From Candidatus Fermentibacterota bacterium (lineage in GTDB: Bacteria > Fermentibacterota > Fermentibacteria > Fermentibacterales > JCC-6): a DNA stretch of 56,250 nucleotides. A program made the position numbers and the translations under genes. The DNA is taken from NCBI GenBank assembly GCA_029571005.1, contig JAKPTG010000095.1:1-56250 (forward strand), in the 5' to 3' direction. The notes beneath the pieces are model-generated. The model had not been told where the DNA came from. It saw only the letters and a program-made list of their open reading frames with translations, and did not search any database. Below are positions 55,712 through 56,250 of the stretch, piece after piece; within the stretch, counting starts at the first letter, position 1, and every line of letters starts with the position of its first letter.

Positions 55712-56250
55712 CTATTCCCTCCAGCCCTCTGTCATGAGCCGGGCCGTGACTTCCACGATGTTGTCTATCCCCACCCTGATCTGCTCCAGGGAATCCCTGT
55801 CCCTGACCGTCACCTTCCGGTCCGTCAGGCTGTCGAAGTCCAGGGTGATGCAGAAGGGGGTTCCGATCTCGTCGTTCCTCCTGTACCTCTTCCCTATGGA
55901 CCCGGTGACATCGAAAAGCACCGGCCAATGGGGCCTCAGGGCTTGAGCCACCTTCTCGGCGTCTTCGGAGAGCTTCCTGGAAAGGGGGAGCACCGCGGCC
56001 TTCACCGGGGCAAGCTTCCGGTCAAGGGAAAGCACCACCCTCTCCCGGCCCTCCACTTCCTCGGTGCGGTAGGCGTCGAGAAGCACCGCCAGGAAGGTCC
56101 TGCCCACCCCTCCGGAGGTCTCCACCACATGGGGGACGAACTTTTCCCCGGTTACGGCGTCGTGATAACGGAGGTCCTTCCCCGAGGATTGCATGTGGGC
56201 GCTCAAGTCGTAGTCCGTCCGGTCGGCGATTCCCTCCAGCTCCCCGAAAC
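55712..56250 (-). CDS. glyQS: Glycine--tRNA ligase, homodimeric type (C-terminal part; 5' end outside the window)
   Basis: GELEGIADRTDYDL.AH, PHVVETSGGVGR, LAPVK.AVLPL, GSIGKRYRR.DEIGTPFCIT.D, VTVRDRDS.EQ.R. Confidence 0.95.
   Translation of the reverse strand, partial: FGELEGIADRTDYDLSAHMQSSGKDLRYHDAVTGEKFVPHVVETSGGVGRTFLAVLLDAYRTEEVEGRERVVLSLDRKLAPVKAAVLPLSRKLSEDAEKVAQALRPHWPVLFDVTGSIGKRYRRNDEIGTPFCITLDFDSLTDRKVTVRDRDSLEQIRVGIDNIVEVTARLMTEGWRE

Overview
High-GC bacterial chromosome segment. Several features suggest, by inference only, an FCB-group candidate lineage such as Fermentibacterota: a PorZ-like propeller protein, a C25 (gingipain-family) peptidase with a T9SS-type C-terminal domain, PorV-like barrels and a secreted protein ending in SWxxIKxF. 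Most of the window is core or envelope genes: sppA fusion, sat, gmd, addB-addA, a patatin-POTRA-barrel protein, an Orn/Lys/Arg decarboxylase, rfbA and other surface-polysaccharide genes, malQ, a comE-like cluster, a RecJ-like DHH nuclease, archaeal-type valS and partial glyQS. An accessory island of about 6.3 kb (about 34400-40700) interrupts the polysaccharide region. It holds (i) a truncated orphan type I-C-like CRISPR repeat-spacer unit, (ii) a minus-strand operon of YdjM-like hydrolase, XRE-HTH/ImmA metallopeptidase and PIN nuclease, (iii) two IS1380-family remnants with matching terminal inverted repeats, and (iv) between those IS ends an unnamed three-gene operon: a TM protein, a PD-(D/E)xK-like plus pore-former-like protein with a 5-residue-periodic tail, and an XRE-HTH with a glycine zipper. 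That operon has a palindromic promoter and is the best candidate for an undescribed (probably anti-phage) system. All calls come from reading motifs by eye; no database searches were run.
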